A DNA stretch of 64,000 nucleotides from Myxococcota bacterium (GCA_965223565.1 CBDCWV010000016.1:828518-892517), one strand, 5' to 3'; positions 1-9,031 are shown, counted from the stretch's first letter. Translations and numbers: made by a program. Notes: generated by a model from the letters alone, not told the origin.

Positions 1-536
1 GGAATCCCGTCTCCAAAGGGCTCGCGGTCCGGTCCCACCGCCAGCAGGAACGGGTCGTCCTGCCCGTGGTAATGACCCTGGAACTTGACGACGTGCGATT
101 TGCCGGTGTACGCGCGGGCGTACCGAACGGCCGTCATGACCGCCTCGGTCCCGCTGTTGAGAAATCGCACGCGCTCGGCGCTCGGGATCGAGCGCTTCAG
201 CTGCTCCGCGCAGGCCACCATCAGCTCGGGGTTGACGACGAGGGTCCCGACCCGCTCGACCTCGGCGATCGCTCGCATCACCGCCGGGTGCCGATGGCCC
301 AGCAGGAGCGGGCCGTTGCACAGGAAGCAATCGACGTAGCTCGCCCCATCGACGTCGATCGCACGACAGCCGTCTCCAGATTGCATGTAGAGGGGGTAGG
401 GCTCGAAGTAGCGGAGGTTGCCCGACACGCCCCCGGGCAGGACGGCCCGTGCGCGGTCGAAGAGCGCACGGGAGCCCGGTGTCTTCTTTGCGTAGTCCGC
501 AAAGATCTGGTCGCGGCAGGCTTCGAGCCAGTCCAT
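1..536 (-). CDS. Class-III PLP aminotransferase (glutamate-1-semialdehyde aminomutase-like), N-terminal part only; the 3' end lies beyond the window start
   Basis: Hand translation of the minus strand from ATG (complement of 534-536): MDWLEACRDQIFADYAKKTPGSRALFDRARAVLPGGVSGNLRYFEPYPLYMQSGDGCRAIDVDGASYVDCFLCNGPLLLGHRHPAVMRAI...RFLNSGTEAVMTAVRYARAYTGK. This is the typical class-III aminotransferase N-terminus. It is absent from the ORF track because there is no stop in the window; + ORF 66..638 is its antisense shadow. Confidence 0.8.
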   Translation of the reverse strand, partial: MDWLEACRDQIFADYAKKTPGSRALFDRARAVLPGGVSGNLRYFEPYPLYMQSGDGCRAIDVDGASYVDCFLCNGPLLLGHRHPAVMRAIAEVERVGTLVVNPELMVACAEQLKRSIPSAERVRFLNSGTEAVMTAVRYARAYTGKSHVVKFQGHYHGQDDPFLLAVGPDREPFGDGI

Positions 537-641
537 CTAGAACGCCGCCTCTTCGGTAGGGGTCCACCCGCTCGCGGCTGCGTTTCGACGATCCCGCCAG
601 ACCGACCGGAACGGGCGAGCGGTCCCGATCGCGGTTAGTCT

Positions 642-670
642 TTTTTAGGCCATTGGCCTTTTTCGAGCAA
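642..670 (-). promoter_or_regulatory. Possible sigma70-type promoter for the aminotransferase gene, inside an AT-rich island that also holds a small hairpin
   Basis: The minus strand reads TTGCTC (670-665), a 17-nt spacer, then TAAAAA (647-642). The island contains the AGGCC-ATT-GGCCT hairpin (647-659) flanked by T-tracts. It is an isolated AT-rich patch in the divergent intergenic region 537-767. Confidence 0.25.
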
Positions 671-767
671 CTCGAGCGGTCTCGCGGCGCGACACCGCTG
701 CGCGACGCGAGAACACGGATCCTGGCGGCCGGTCGCCTTCGAGCGTCCGACCCGGGAAGGAAGAGCG

Positions 768-1559
768 ATGACCGCAGCGCCCGACGAGGCACTCTCACTC
801 GATGGAACGATCGCCTTGGTCACGGGTGCCGCGGGCGGGATCGGACGCGCGAGCGCACTGGCGTTGGCGACGCGCGGCGCGCGCGTCGTCGCGACGGATC
901 TCGCGTCGGCACGCGAACGGCTCGACGAGACGATCGAGACGATTCGAGAGGCGGACGGTAGCGCCGCGCCAATCCATACCGACCTCTCGTCGCGGTCGGC
1001 GATCGAGGGGCTGGTCGCTCGCGCGCAGAGCGAATTCGGTCCGATCGACGCCCTCGTGAATGCCGCCGGCATCCACTCCTATCCGTCACCGCTACTCGAG
1101 ATGCGCGAGGCCGATTGGGATCGGGTCTTCGACGTGAACCTGAAGGGCTGCCTCGCGCTCTGCCAACGCCTGATCCCATCCATGGCCGAGCGGGGAGGAG
1201 GCTCGATCGTGAACATCGCGTCGGACAGCGCGTTCGACGTCATTCCGGGCGAAGGGGCCTACGGCATCTCGAAGATGGGATTGACGAAGATCACGTCGTA
1301 CCTCGCGAAGGAGACCGCGGGAACCGGCGTGCGGCTGAACGCGATCGCGCCCGGCTGGGTCAAGACCGAGATGACACGCCCGTTCTGGGAGGACCAGGAT
1401 GAGCTCGAACGAGCACTCGGCGAGATCCCGTTACGCCGGATTGCCGATCCGTCGGAGATCGCGAACGTCGTCGTCTTCTTGATGTCGAGCCTGGCGAGCT
1501 ACGTCCATGGACATTGCATCGTCGTCGACGGCGGACGCGTCGCGGGCCTGCCCGCCTGA
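768..1559 (+). CDS. SDR-family oxidoreductase (FabG-like short-chain dehydrogenase)
   Basis: ORF 768..1559 carries TGAAGGIGRA (the TGxxxGxG NAD(P) motif), NAAG and YGISKMG (the YxxxK catalytic motif). The SD-like GGAAGGAAG lies upstream of the ATG at 768. Confidence 0.9.
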   Translation: MTAAPDEALSLDGTIALVTGAAGGIGRASALALATRGARVVATDLASARERLDETIETIREADGSAAPIHTDLSSRSAIEGLVARAQSEFGPIDALVNAAGIHSYPSPLLEMREADWDRVFDVNLKGCLALCQRLIPSMAERGGGSIVNIASDSAFDVIPGEGAYGISKMGLTKITSYLAKETAGTGVRLNAIAPGWVKTEMTRPFWEDQDELERALGEIPLRRIADPSEIANVVVFLMSSLASYVHGHCIVVDGGRVAGLPA

Positions 1560-1609
1560 CGCATCCGTGCCGCCGAGGAGATCGCGCGCTCCCCGCTAGG
1601 TTCATCCCG

Positions 1610-4600
1610 ATGACACCCGCTCTCTCGCGCCTCAACAAGCGACTGGTCCTTCTCGGAGTCTGGATCACGGTCCTGGGTGTGACGTTCTGGGCCGGGTCCC
1701 GCTATCCGTCGCTGAACGCCAAGGCGTTCATGGGCGGCGAGACGATGCTCGAAGATCCGCTGAGCTTCGAGGCGTTGGTCGAGCTCCAGGAAGGCGATTC
1801 GGCGGGGCGGCTGATCCTGCTGACCACGATCAACTGGATCCACACGAACCTCCGCGGAATGGCCTTCGGTCTCCTGCTGGGCGCCTCGTTGCTCTCCGCC
1901 ATCCAGCTGATCCATCGACGTTCCGTCCAGTCCGGCGTCGGAAACACACTGCTCGGGATGGCGATCGGCGCGCCCCTGGGTGTCTGCGTCAACTGCGCCG
2001 CACCCGTCGCCAAGGGGATCCACGACGGCGGTGCTCGCCTCGAGACGACGCTCGCGGCCATGGTCAGCTCCCCGACGCTCAATGTCGTGGTGCTCACGAT
2101 GTCGTTCTCGATCCTGCCGACCTATCTGGCCGCCACGAAGCTCGCGTACTCCCTCCTCTTCATCCTGCTCGTGATCCCGCTCCTGTCCCGGACCGTCTTC
2201 GAGAGCGAGCGCGCGCAGACGATCGAGAACGCGACCTGCGACCTCTCGACCTCGCTACCGGGCGACGCGGCAGAGAGCTGGCGAGACGCGCTCATCGCAA
2301 CCCTGCGCGGCTTCCTGGCCAGCCTCTGGTTCATCGTCCGAAAGACGCTGCCGCTCATGCTGCTCGCCGGGCTCCTCGGAGCGACGATGGCGACACTCGT
2401 ACCGCTCACCTCGCTCGCGAGCGTCGAATCGAGTGCCCTGGCGGCGGTCCTGCTCGCCGTCGTCGGCCTGCTCCTTCCCGTGCCGATGGCCTTCGACGTT
2501 GTGCTCGCGGCCGTGCTCCTCGGTGCCGGCATGCCGATCCCCTACGTGATGATCCTGCTCTTCGTGCTCGGCATCTTCAGCTGCTATTCCGCGTTCATCG
2601 TCGCCACGACGATCTCTCCGCGCGTCGCGTTCGTCATGAGCGCGCTGTTGATCGGGCTGGGACTCCTCGCCGGCCTGACGGCGGACGGCATTCACGAATC
2701 CGAGCTTCGTGGGATGATCGCGGGTGCCAGCGCGACCCGGAGCAACACGGAGCAAACCCTTCTCGACGGTCCCCGCGGCATATTGCCGCGCCTTCCGGAT
2801 ACCACGAAACGCAGTCGCGACGACACGCCTCCACCGCGCGCCCACGTCGTGATCGAATCCGTGGCCCATCGACCGCGACGCTCCGAGGGCCCGACGCCGT
2901 TCACCCGTCGCGACGGAGACTCGCTGGGGCTGATTGCGCCGATGGACTTCTCGGTCGAAGATTTCTGGCCCCCCTTCTACAACGCACGCGGCATCGCCTC
3001 GGCCGATTTCGATAACGACGGCTGGCAGGACCTCGTCGTCGCAACGGAGAATGGACCGCGCCTCTACCGAAACGAGGAGGGCCTGCGATTCGAGAGGCGA
3101 CCGTTCGACTCGCCCGACGTCGAGCAACTCGATGCGTTCGTCGTCGCCCCCGCCGATCTCGATGACGACGGATGGCTCGATCTGCTGGTCACGACCTACC
3201 GCAGCGGGAGCTACGTCCTCCTCAACGAGCGAGGCCGGATCGAAGCCAGTCCCCTGTATCGCATGCCCGCCCGCGACGAGATCATCAGTCATGCCGTCTC
3301 GTTCGGAGACGTCGACCGGGACGGCGATCTCGACGCGGCGGTCGGAAACTGGTTCTTCGGGGGGATGCGCGGCAGCACGGCGCTCCCCGCGAACGCCGAG
3401 AACTTTCTCTACCGGAACGTCGCGGGCAGCTTCGAGCGCGAAATCCTAGCGGGCATCGCCGGCGAGACACTCGCGCTCCTGCTCTCCGACTGGACAGGGG
3501 ACGGCGTGCTCGATTTGATCATGGGCAACGACTTCGATCCTCCCGACGTCTACTCGATCGGGCTCGGCGACGGCCGCTTTCGACAGGTCTCGAGCGAAGA
3601 TCGTCTGATCCCGATCTCCACGGCGGCGACGATGAGCGTCGACACCGCAGACATCGACAACGACCTGGTCCCCGAGATCTACCTCACCAATATCGCGATG
3701 CGTCCGAGTGATGTGGGATCTGCCGGCGTCGGACCGCGGCTCCCGGGCTATTGCCGAGACATCGAGAACGAGCAGGTACGCGCCGCATGCCGAGCGAATC
3801 TGCCGATCCGCAGGCGATTCGCGTACGGGGGTGCCCATCAACCGTCCCACCTCCGCGAGTGCGGACGAATCGAAGACGAGACGGAGCGGGTCCATTGCCA
3901 GGGGATGATGCTGATGAAGACGGCGCTCCGAGAGCGGGATGCATCACTCTGTGAGCATATTCCACTCGCACATGAACGCGGGCGCTTTCTCTGCGACATC
4001 TTCTTCTGGCCCGGCGTCGACGTTCCGGAGCGCCTGTCCCGAACCGCGATCCCTCAGACTCGCGGCCGCAACGTCCTGCTCGCACGACGCGGTCCGAGCT
4101 GGCAGAACCGAGCGCGGGAGCTCGGCGTCGAGAACACCGGATGGAGCTGGGCAGGCAAATTCGCGGACCTCGACGACGACGAATGGAAGGACCTCTACGT
4201 GGTGAACGGAACCTGGCTCAAGCCGACGCGCGTTCCCTCGAACGTCTACTTCCACAATCTCGCGGGCGAACGATTCAGGAACGAGACGAGAGACTCGGGC
4301 CTCGAAGACCACCTGATCGTCTCGGCCTATACCTACTCGGATCTCGACAACGACGGAGACCTCGACATCGTCACGAACTCGGTGAACGGCCCCTTCCGCT
4401 TCTACCGGAACAACGACTCGACGCATCACGCCATCACGATCGAGCTGAGAGATCGCCTCGGCAACCGATTCGGACTCGGCTGCAAGATCACGATCTTCTA
4501 CGGGGCCGAGGCCGAACGGCGACAGATCGTCGAGATCAAGTCGGGCGCGGGCTTCCTGTCCCACGATCCGCCGATCGCCCACTTCGGGCTCGGGCGATTC

Positions 4601-4867
4601 GAGTCCGTCGGTCGAATCGAGGTCGATTGGTCGACCGGCGAGCGAACGATCCACGCGGGACCGTTCCGTGCCAACCGTCACTACCGCCTCGAACGACGCG
4701 CCGACCGCAGCTCGCGAAGCGCTTCCAGATCCTCGGCCAGCCGCGGCGCCGCGAGCCCGCCGCGTTCGACGGCGCGTTCCAACGCCCGCTCGGCTTCGTC
4801 GAGCTCGCCGCGCGCGAAATGCGCGACCGAGATCGCACCGAGCTCCGCCTGTGTCGGTCGACGGTAG
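1610..4867 (+). CDS. Fusion protein: N-terminal multi-TM 'predicted permease' (ArsP/DUF318-like) plus C-terminal FG-GAP/VCBS beta-propeller with an ASPIC/UnbV-like end (CRTAC1-family-like)
   Basis: The ATG at 1610 (MTPALSRLNKRLVLLGVWITVL...) lies inside ORF 1514..4867. The N-terminal ~400 aa are hydrophobic and carry GVCVNCAAPVAKG...SSPTLNVVVL. The C-terminal part has repeated Ca-loop motifs DFDNDGWQDLVV, DLDDDGWLDLLV, DVDRDGDLDAAVGNW, DLDDDEWKDLYVVNG and DLDNDGDLDIV. It ends with EIKSGAGFLSHDPPIAHFGLG. The reading frame is continuous. Confidence 0.8.
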   Translation: MTPALSRLNKRLVLLGVWITVLGVTFWAGSRYPSLNAKAFMGGETMLEDPLSFEALVELQEGDSAGRLILLTTINWIHTNLRGMAFGLLLGASLLSAIQLIHRRSVQSGVGNTLLGMAIGAPLGVCVNCAAPVAKGIHDGGARLETTLAAMVSSPTLNVVVLTMSFSILPTYLAATKLAYSLLFILLVIPLLSRTVFESERAQTIENATCDLSTSLPGDAAESWRDALIATLRGFLASLWFIVRKTLPLMLLAGLLGATMATLVPLTSLASVESSALAAVLLAVVGLLLPVPMAFDVVLAAVLLGAGMPIPYVMILLFVLGIFSCYSAFIVATTISPRVAFVMSALLIGLGLLAGLTADGIHESELRGMIAGASATRSNTEQTLLDGPRGILPRLPDTTKRSRDDTPPPRAHVVIESVAHRPRRSEGPTPFTRRDGDSLGLIAPMDFSVEDFWPPFYNARGIASADFDNDGWQDLVVATENGPRLYRNEEGLRFERRPFDSPDVEQLDAFVVAPADLDDDGWLDLLVTTYRSGSYVLLNERGRIEASPLYRMPARDEIISHAVSFGDVDRDGDLDAAVGNWFFGGMRGSTALPANAENFLYRNVAGSFEREILAGIAGETLALLLSDWTGDGVLDLIMGNDFDPPDVYSIGLGDGRFRQVSSEDRLIPISTAATMSVDTADIDNDLVPEIYLTNIAMRPSDVGSAGVGPRLPGYCRDIENEQVRAACRANLPIRRRFAYGGAHQPSHLRECGRIEDETERVHCQGMMLMKTALRERDASLCEHIPLAHERGRFLCDIFFWPGVDVPERLSRTAIPQTRGRNVLLARRGPSWQNRARELGVENTGWSWAGKFADLDDDEWKDLYVVNGTWLKPTRVPSNVYFHNLAGERFRNETRDSGLEDHLIVSAYTYSDLDNDGDLDIVTNSVNGPFRFYRNNDSTHHAITIELRDRLGNRFGLGCKITIFYGAEAERRQIVEIKSGAGFLSHDPPIAHFGLGRFESVGRIEVDWSTGERTIHAGPFRANRHYRLERRADRSSRSASRSSASRGAASPPRSTARSNARSASSSSPRAKCATEIAPSSACVGRR

Positions 4868-6399
4868 GAATGCACGAGCTCGATATAGCGCCCCGCCGAC
4901 TCGTAGACGAAGCCCCTGAAGGCCGGGTCGTCCGCAATCGACGCGAACGCCGAGTCGAGCAGGAGCGTCTGAAAATGATCCCGCCCGAGGGTCGCGGCTG
5001 CTCGAAGCTGCGCCACGGCGCGAGCCGCATCGCCGGACCGCGCGGCACGGCGTGCCTCGAGCATCAGAGCCGATCGACCATTGGGAAACCGCGTGGCCGA
5101 ATCCGCCGAGAGAAGCGATTGATCGGTCCACAGACGAGCGCGCTGCGCGGCGGTCACGCCGAGCAGGGTCGCGAGCAGGAGGACGAGCACGCCGGACGCC
5201 CGTCGTGCAGCCATTCCGGACGACCCGCTCGGGAGCGCGCCGAGGCTCGAGCACTTCGCTTTTGCGTCGCGCAACAGGAACAGCGTCCCGCCGATCAGCC
5301 CAGGCAGCAGGAAATAGAGGTATCGATTCGCGATCGGGTAGCTGAATGGAACCAGCTGGGAGACCGGCCCGAACGCGAATGCTGCGCCCAGCCAGTAGGC
5401 CGCTTCGACCTGCCGACGCCGCAACGAGATGGCGATCCGCCAGAGAAAGAACGCCGCGAGCGGGATCGACGAGAGCACCCAGGGATCGAAGATCGACCCA
5501 ACGGCGTCATGCTCCTGCGCATGGGCGATTCCGACCGTCGTGAAGGCCATCACGAGGTAATGCACACCGATCGAAGCGATCGTGTAGAGATGCGTCCAGA
5601 CGTCCGCGTAGGCGGCCACGACGACCGAGCCACGCGGATGGATGGCCGAGTATTGCGGAACGCTGTAGAGGAGGAACGAGACGAGCCATCCAGCGAGCCA
5701 GCCCCACGCCGAACGCGTCCGAGGCCAGGCCTCGCAGCGACTCCAGACGAGGGCTGCAGCGACCGGAAGCGCCATGATGGCAGACGCCTTCGTGAGGAGC
5801 CCCATTCCGAAGAGCAGGGTCGACCAGGCGGGATGGCGTGGCAGCAGCAGGAGGGATCCGAGGCAAAAGGCGAGTGCACCACTGGTCTTCAGCTGGGAGA
5901 TCCAGGCCACCGCCTCGACGTTTCCCGGATGCACCAGGAAGAGAAGACCTCCGAGCATGGCCGGCGTCGACCCGGCGCCCGTCGCGGCCAGCAGACGCGC
6001 GAGGAGCGCTGCGTTAAGCGCATGGATCACGACGTTGATCGCGTGATAGCCGAAGGTGTCTTCGGCGAAGAGCGACCGCTCGAGCGCATGGGCGAGCAAC
6101 GTGAGCGGGGCGTAGTTCGCGCCCTGGAACCGCGCCTCGCCGGTCGGGTCGAAGATCGCGACGATGGATTCGAACGAGAGCGTCTCGACCCAGGGATTCA
6201 TCACGAGATAGATCAGATCATCCGAGAGAAAGGGACCGTCGAGCGCGGGTAGGTAGATCGCGAAGGCCAGGAACGAGAAGACGAGCCAGAGACCCGAGAT
6301 CGGCGCGGACGTCGTGATCGGCTCCGAATCGGACGGGACGCGCCCCGCCCCGGACGACACGCGCTCGCCCCGAGTCACCGATTCGCTACTGCGCGACAT
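4681..6399 (-). CDS. Polytopic membrane protein with C-terminal TPR repeats (TMTC/PMT-like GT-C glycosyltransferase candidate)
   Basis: ORF 4681..6399. The N-terminal ~400 aa hold many TM segments, with GPFLSDDLIYLV in the first loop (a DD/DE acidic motif as in PMT/TMTC-type GT-C enzymes). The C-terminal ~150 aa are helical TPR-like (ARRAARSGDAARAVAQLRAAATLG...YRRPTQAELGAISVAHFARGELDEAERALERAV). Confidence 0.7.
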   Translation of the reverse strand: MSRSSESVTRGERVSSGAGRVPSDSEPITTSAPISGLWLVFSFLAFAIYLPALDGPFLSDDLIYLVMNPWVETLSFESIVAIFDPTGEARFQGANYAPLTLLAHALERSLFAEDTFGYHAINVVIHALNAALLARLLAATGAGSTPAMLGGLLFLVHPGNVEAVAWISQLKTSGALAFCLGSLLLLPRHPAWSTLLFGMGLLTKASAIMALPVAAALVWSRCEAWPRTRSAWGWLAGWLVSFLLYSVPQYSAIHPRGSVVVAAYADVWTHLYTIASIGVHYLVMAFTTVGIAHAQEHDAVGSIFDPWVLSSIPLAAFFLWRIAISLRRRQVEAAYWLGAAFAFGPVSQLVPFSYPIANRYLYFLLPGLIGGTLFLLRDAKAKCSSLGALPSGSSGMAARRASGVLVLLLATLLGVTAAQRARLWTDQSLLSADSATRFPNGRSALMLEARRAARSGDAARAVAQLRAAATLGRDHFQTLLLDSAFASIADDPAFRGFVYESAGRYIELVHSYRRPTQAELGAISVAHFARGELDEAERALERAVERGGLAAPRLAEDLEALRELRSARRSRR

Positions 6400-7147
6400 A
6401 GGCCCCGTCGACCGCGATCGCCTGGCCGGTCACGAACGAAGCTTCTTCCGAGCACAACCAGGCCACGGCGTTCGCGACCTCTTCGGGCTCACCGAAGCGC
6501 CCAACCGGTTGGCGAGCGATCACCTGCGACCGCAGCTCCGGCGCGTTCGCGAGGAACGCCTCCTGCATCGGGGTCATGATCTCCCCCGGACAGACCGCGT
6601 TGATCCGAACGCCCTGCTTGGCGCATTCGAGCGCGGCCGTCCTCGTCAGGCCAACGACGGCGTGCTTGCTCGGCGCGTAGGCCGGAAGCCTGCTGTCGTA
6701 GCCGACGAGACCGGCGACCGACGCCATGTTGACGATCGACCCGTGGCCCTGATCGAGCATCTGCCTCAGCTCGTACTTCATGCAGAGCCAGACGCCCTTG
6801 AGGTTGACCTCGATGACCCGATCCCAGGTCTCCTCCGTGCATTCGACCAGGGTCGCTTCGTCGCCCGTGATGCCGGCGTTGTTGCAGGCGTAGTCCAACC
6901 TCCCGAACTCGCTCAATGTCCGCTCGACCATTCGCTCGACAGACGATGCCTCCGTCACATCCACACGGATCGAGCATGCGCGGCCACCGTTGCGAACGAT
7001 CATCGCCGTCGTCTCGCTCGCGCTCGCGCTATCAACGTCTGTTACCGCGACGGCGGCGCCCCTGCGCCCGAATCCGATCGATACGGCGCGGCCGATCCCC
7101 GAGCCCGCCCCCGTTACGACCGCCACTCTCTCGCGCAAGTCGATCAT
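6386..7147 (-). CDS. SDR-family oxidoreductase
   Basis: MIDLRERVAVVTGAGSGIGRA..., NNAG and YAPSKHAVVGLT (YxxxK). The start codon is the complement of 7145-7147. It overlaps the start of the downstream gene by 14 nt. Confidence 0.9.
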   Translation of the reverse strand: MIDLRERVAVVTGAGSGIGRAVSIGFGRRGAAVAVTDVDSASASETTAMIVRNGGRACSIRVDVTEASSVERMVERTLSEFGRLDYACNNAGITGDEATLVECTEETWDRVIEVNLKGVWLCMKYELRQMLDQGHGSIVNMASVAGLVGYDSRLPAYAPSKHAVVGLTRTAALECAKQGVRINAVCPGEIMTPMQEAFLANAPELRSQVIARQPVGRFGEPEEVANAVAWLCSEEASFVTGQAIAVDGAYVAQ

Positions 7148-7270
7148 CGATCTGGTCCCCTGCTACGTGTACTTCGAGCGAAGGATGGCATCTTCAGCCA
7201 CGGCTACGCAGCCTCCTGGCCGGATGCCAATCGACGTGGAATCCGTTCGGACGAAGCCACTCGCGACGAG

Positions 7271-8674
7271 ATGGGTGCCATGACGAAATACAGAATACGC
7301 GAACGAGCCATGACGTTCCTGGTCATCTCGGCAATGTCGCTGGTCGCCTGTGATCGACCTGCGACTTCGGAGCGACCAGACGTCGTACTCGTGGTCGTCG
7401 ACACGCTTCGCGCCGACCACCTGCGTGCCTACGGCTTCGAATACGACACGAGCCCGAACTTCGATTCACTCGCGTCCGAGAGCGTCTTGTGGGAGCGAGC
7501 CGTAGCGGCGAGCTCGCTCACGGCCCCGTCGCACGCGAGCATGATGACGTCGCGATTCGTGCGCGGACACTCGATCGGGTCGCGGAACGGGAGCAGCCGC
7601 TTGGTGGGACGCGACACGCTCGCAACCCGTTTTCGTCGTGCCGGATACGCGACCGCGGCGTTCGTGAGCAACTACGTCCTCGGGCTTCGAATCGGTCTCG
7701 ACCAGGGCTTCGACGTATACGACGCAGACCTGCCCACGGCCGAAGCGAGTCGGGAGACGGTCTTCGAGCGGATCGCCGAACAGACGACGGACGCGGCACT
7801 CGCATGGCTCGAGGAGCAGCCGGATACTCCCTATTTTCTCTGGGTCCATTATCAGGATCCCCACGGACCCTACACGCCTCCCTCGCCGCACGACGTCTCT
7901 TTCCCCGACCTCGCGCAAGCGGATGGACGCGAGCTGCGGGTCCTGCGCGACCACTCGGGGCGCGGCGGGATCCCGCGCTACCAGGCGCTTCGCGGGATCG
8001 CGTCGCTCGGCGGCTACCGCCGCGCCTACGCCGGTGAGATCGAGTACTTCGATCGCTCTCTCGGGCGTCTGCTTCGAGCGATCGATCGACGCAGCCGAGA
8101 CACGATCGTGCTGCTCACGGCGGACCATGGCGAGTCGATGGGCGAAGGGGATCGCTACTTCTGCCATGGACACGCGACGACGCTCGATCAGGTCCACGTA
8201 CCTCTATTGATCCGCGCACCCGGCCTCGACCCGGGCCGACGTCGCGACGTCGTGCACCACGTCGATATCCTGCCCACGCTGCTCGAGCTCGCAGGACTCG
8301 AGCCGGTCGAGGAGGCCAGTGGCTTGGCGCTCGGCCCCTTCGCGCGCGACGGTCGTCCACTCCCTGCACGCTTCCTCTTCAGCGACAGTGTTCGCGACGC
8401 GACGGTGTTCCACGGCGATCGGATCGTGCGAATCGAGTCCGTCGCCGACCAGCAAGCCGTCCGAAGCAAAGCGCGCAAGACGGCCTACGCGTGGACCGAT
8501 CGCGATGTCGAGCATCCGGACGACTCGGATCGATCGATGGAGCGCGCGATTCGGGACTACCTGGGGACACGCGAGGCGATCGAGCCGATTCTCGGCGTAC
8601 TCGATCCGCGTGCGAGATCCCGGCTGCGCGCGCTCGGCTATCTCGCGCCCGACGTTGGTGATCGCGGCGACTGA
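7271..8674 (+). CDS. Sulfatase-fold (alkaline-phosphatase superfamily) lipoprotein with a non-canonical T-A-P-S-H active-site motif
   Basis: This is the in-frame part of ORF 6314..8674. Candidate ATGs lie at 7271, 7280 and 7310. The lipobox is FLVISAMSLVAC. Sulfatase motifs are present: VVLVVVDTLRADHL, SSLTAPSHASMMTSRF, LWVHYQDPHGPY and LLTADHGESMGE. The upstream ~950 nt of the ORF is antisense to the SDR gene. Confidence 0.85.
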   Translation: MGAMTKYRIRERAMTFLVISAMSLVACDRPATSERPDVVLVVVDTLRADHLRAYGFEYDTSPNFDSLASESVLWERAVAASSLTAPSHASMMTSRFVRGHSIGSRNGSSRLVGRDTLATRFRRAGYATAAFVSNYVLGLRIGLDQGFDVYDADLPTAEASRETVFERIAEQTTDAALAWLEEQPDTPYFLWVHYQDPHGPYTPPSPHDVSFPDLAQADGRELRVLRDHSGRGGIPRYQALRGIASLGGYRRAYAGEIEYFDRSLGRLLRAIDRRSRDTIVLLTADHGESMGEGDRYFCHGHATTLDQVHVPLLIRAPGLDPGRRRDVVHHVDILPTLLELAGLEPVEEASGLALGPFARDGRPLPARFLFSDSVRDATVFHGDRIVRIESVADQQAVRSKARKTAYAWTDRDVEHPDDSDRSMERAIRDYLGTREAIEPILGVLDPRARSRLRALGYLAPDVGDRGD

Positions 8675-9031
8675 TCTCCGCAGCTCCCCTTATCGTCGCC
8701 GCGCCTCGTCGCCGCGCCGGCGTCGGCGTTCGAGGTCGGACTCGTGGTGCGAAGTCGGCGTCGCTGTCGAAACGCTGAAGCCGAGAATGCCGTTCGAGTC
8801 TGCCCGCGGAACCCTGCTACGGGGTGCGCTATGTCTGCTCTGTCCTTTGCTCGCTCAATCGAACGCCTACGCGGGAAGTGCGACGAACGACGGCCTCTCA
8901 GTCCGCGTCCTCGCCGATGGCATCGAAATTGCGAACACGGGTTCGATCGTTGCAAGTGGAACGCTCGACGGCCCACCCCGCTGTATCCGACGGATCGGTA
9001 CGACTGGGATGCCGAGGTACCCACGCCGGCC

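Noticed and set aside
66-638. 190-aa + ORF at the window start
   Set aside because: It is the antisense shadow of the class-III aminotransferase gene. The minus-strand translation shows clear family motifs, whereas the + ORF is Arg/Gly/Pro-rich with no motif.
3944-6252. Long ORFs 3944..5254 (-, 436 aa) and 4141..6252 (+, 703 aa)
   Set aside because: Both are extremely Arg/Pro/Gly-rich and lack motifs. They overlap entirely the well-supported FG-GAP fusion gene and the TPR membrane gene in other frames or strands. These are typical high-GC shadow ORFs.
6314-7270. N-terminal 319-codon extension of the sulfatase ORF (6314..8674)
   Set aside because: The extension is antisense to SDR gene 6386..7147 and has no sulfatase similarity. 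A lipoprotein signal peptide with in-frame ATGs at 7271, 7280 and 7310 marks the real start.
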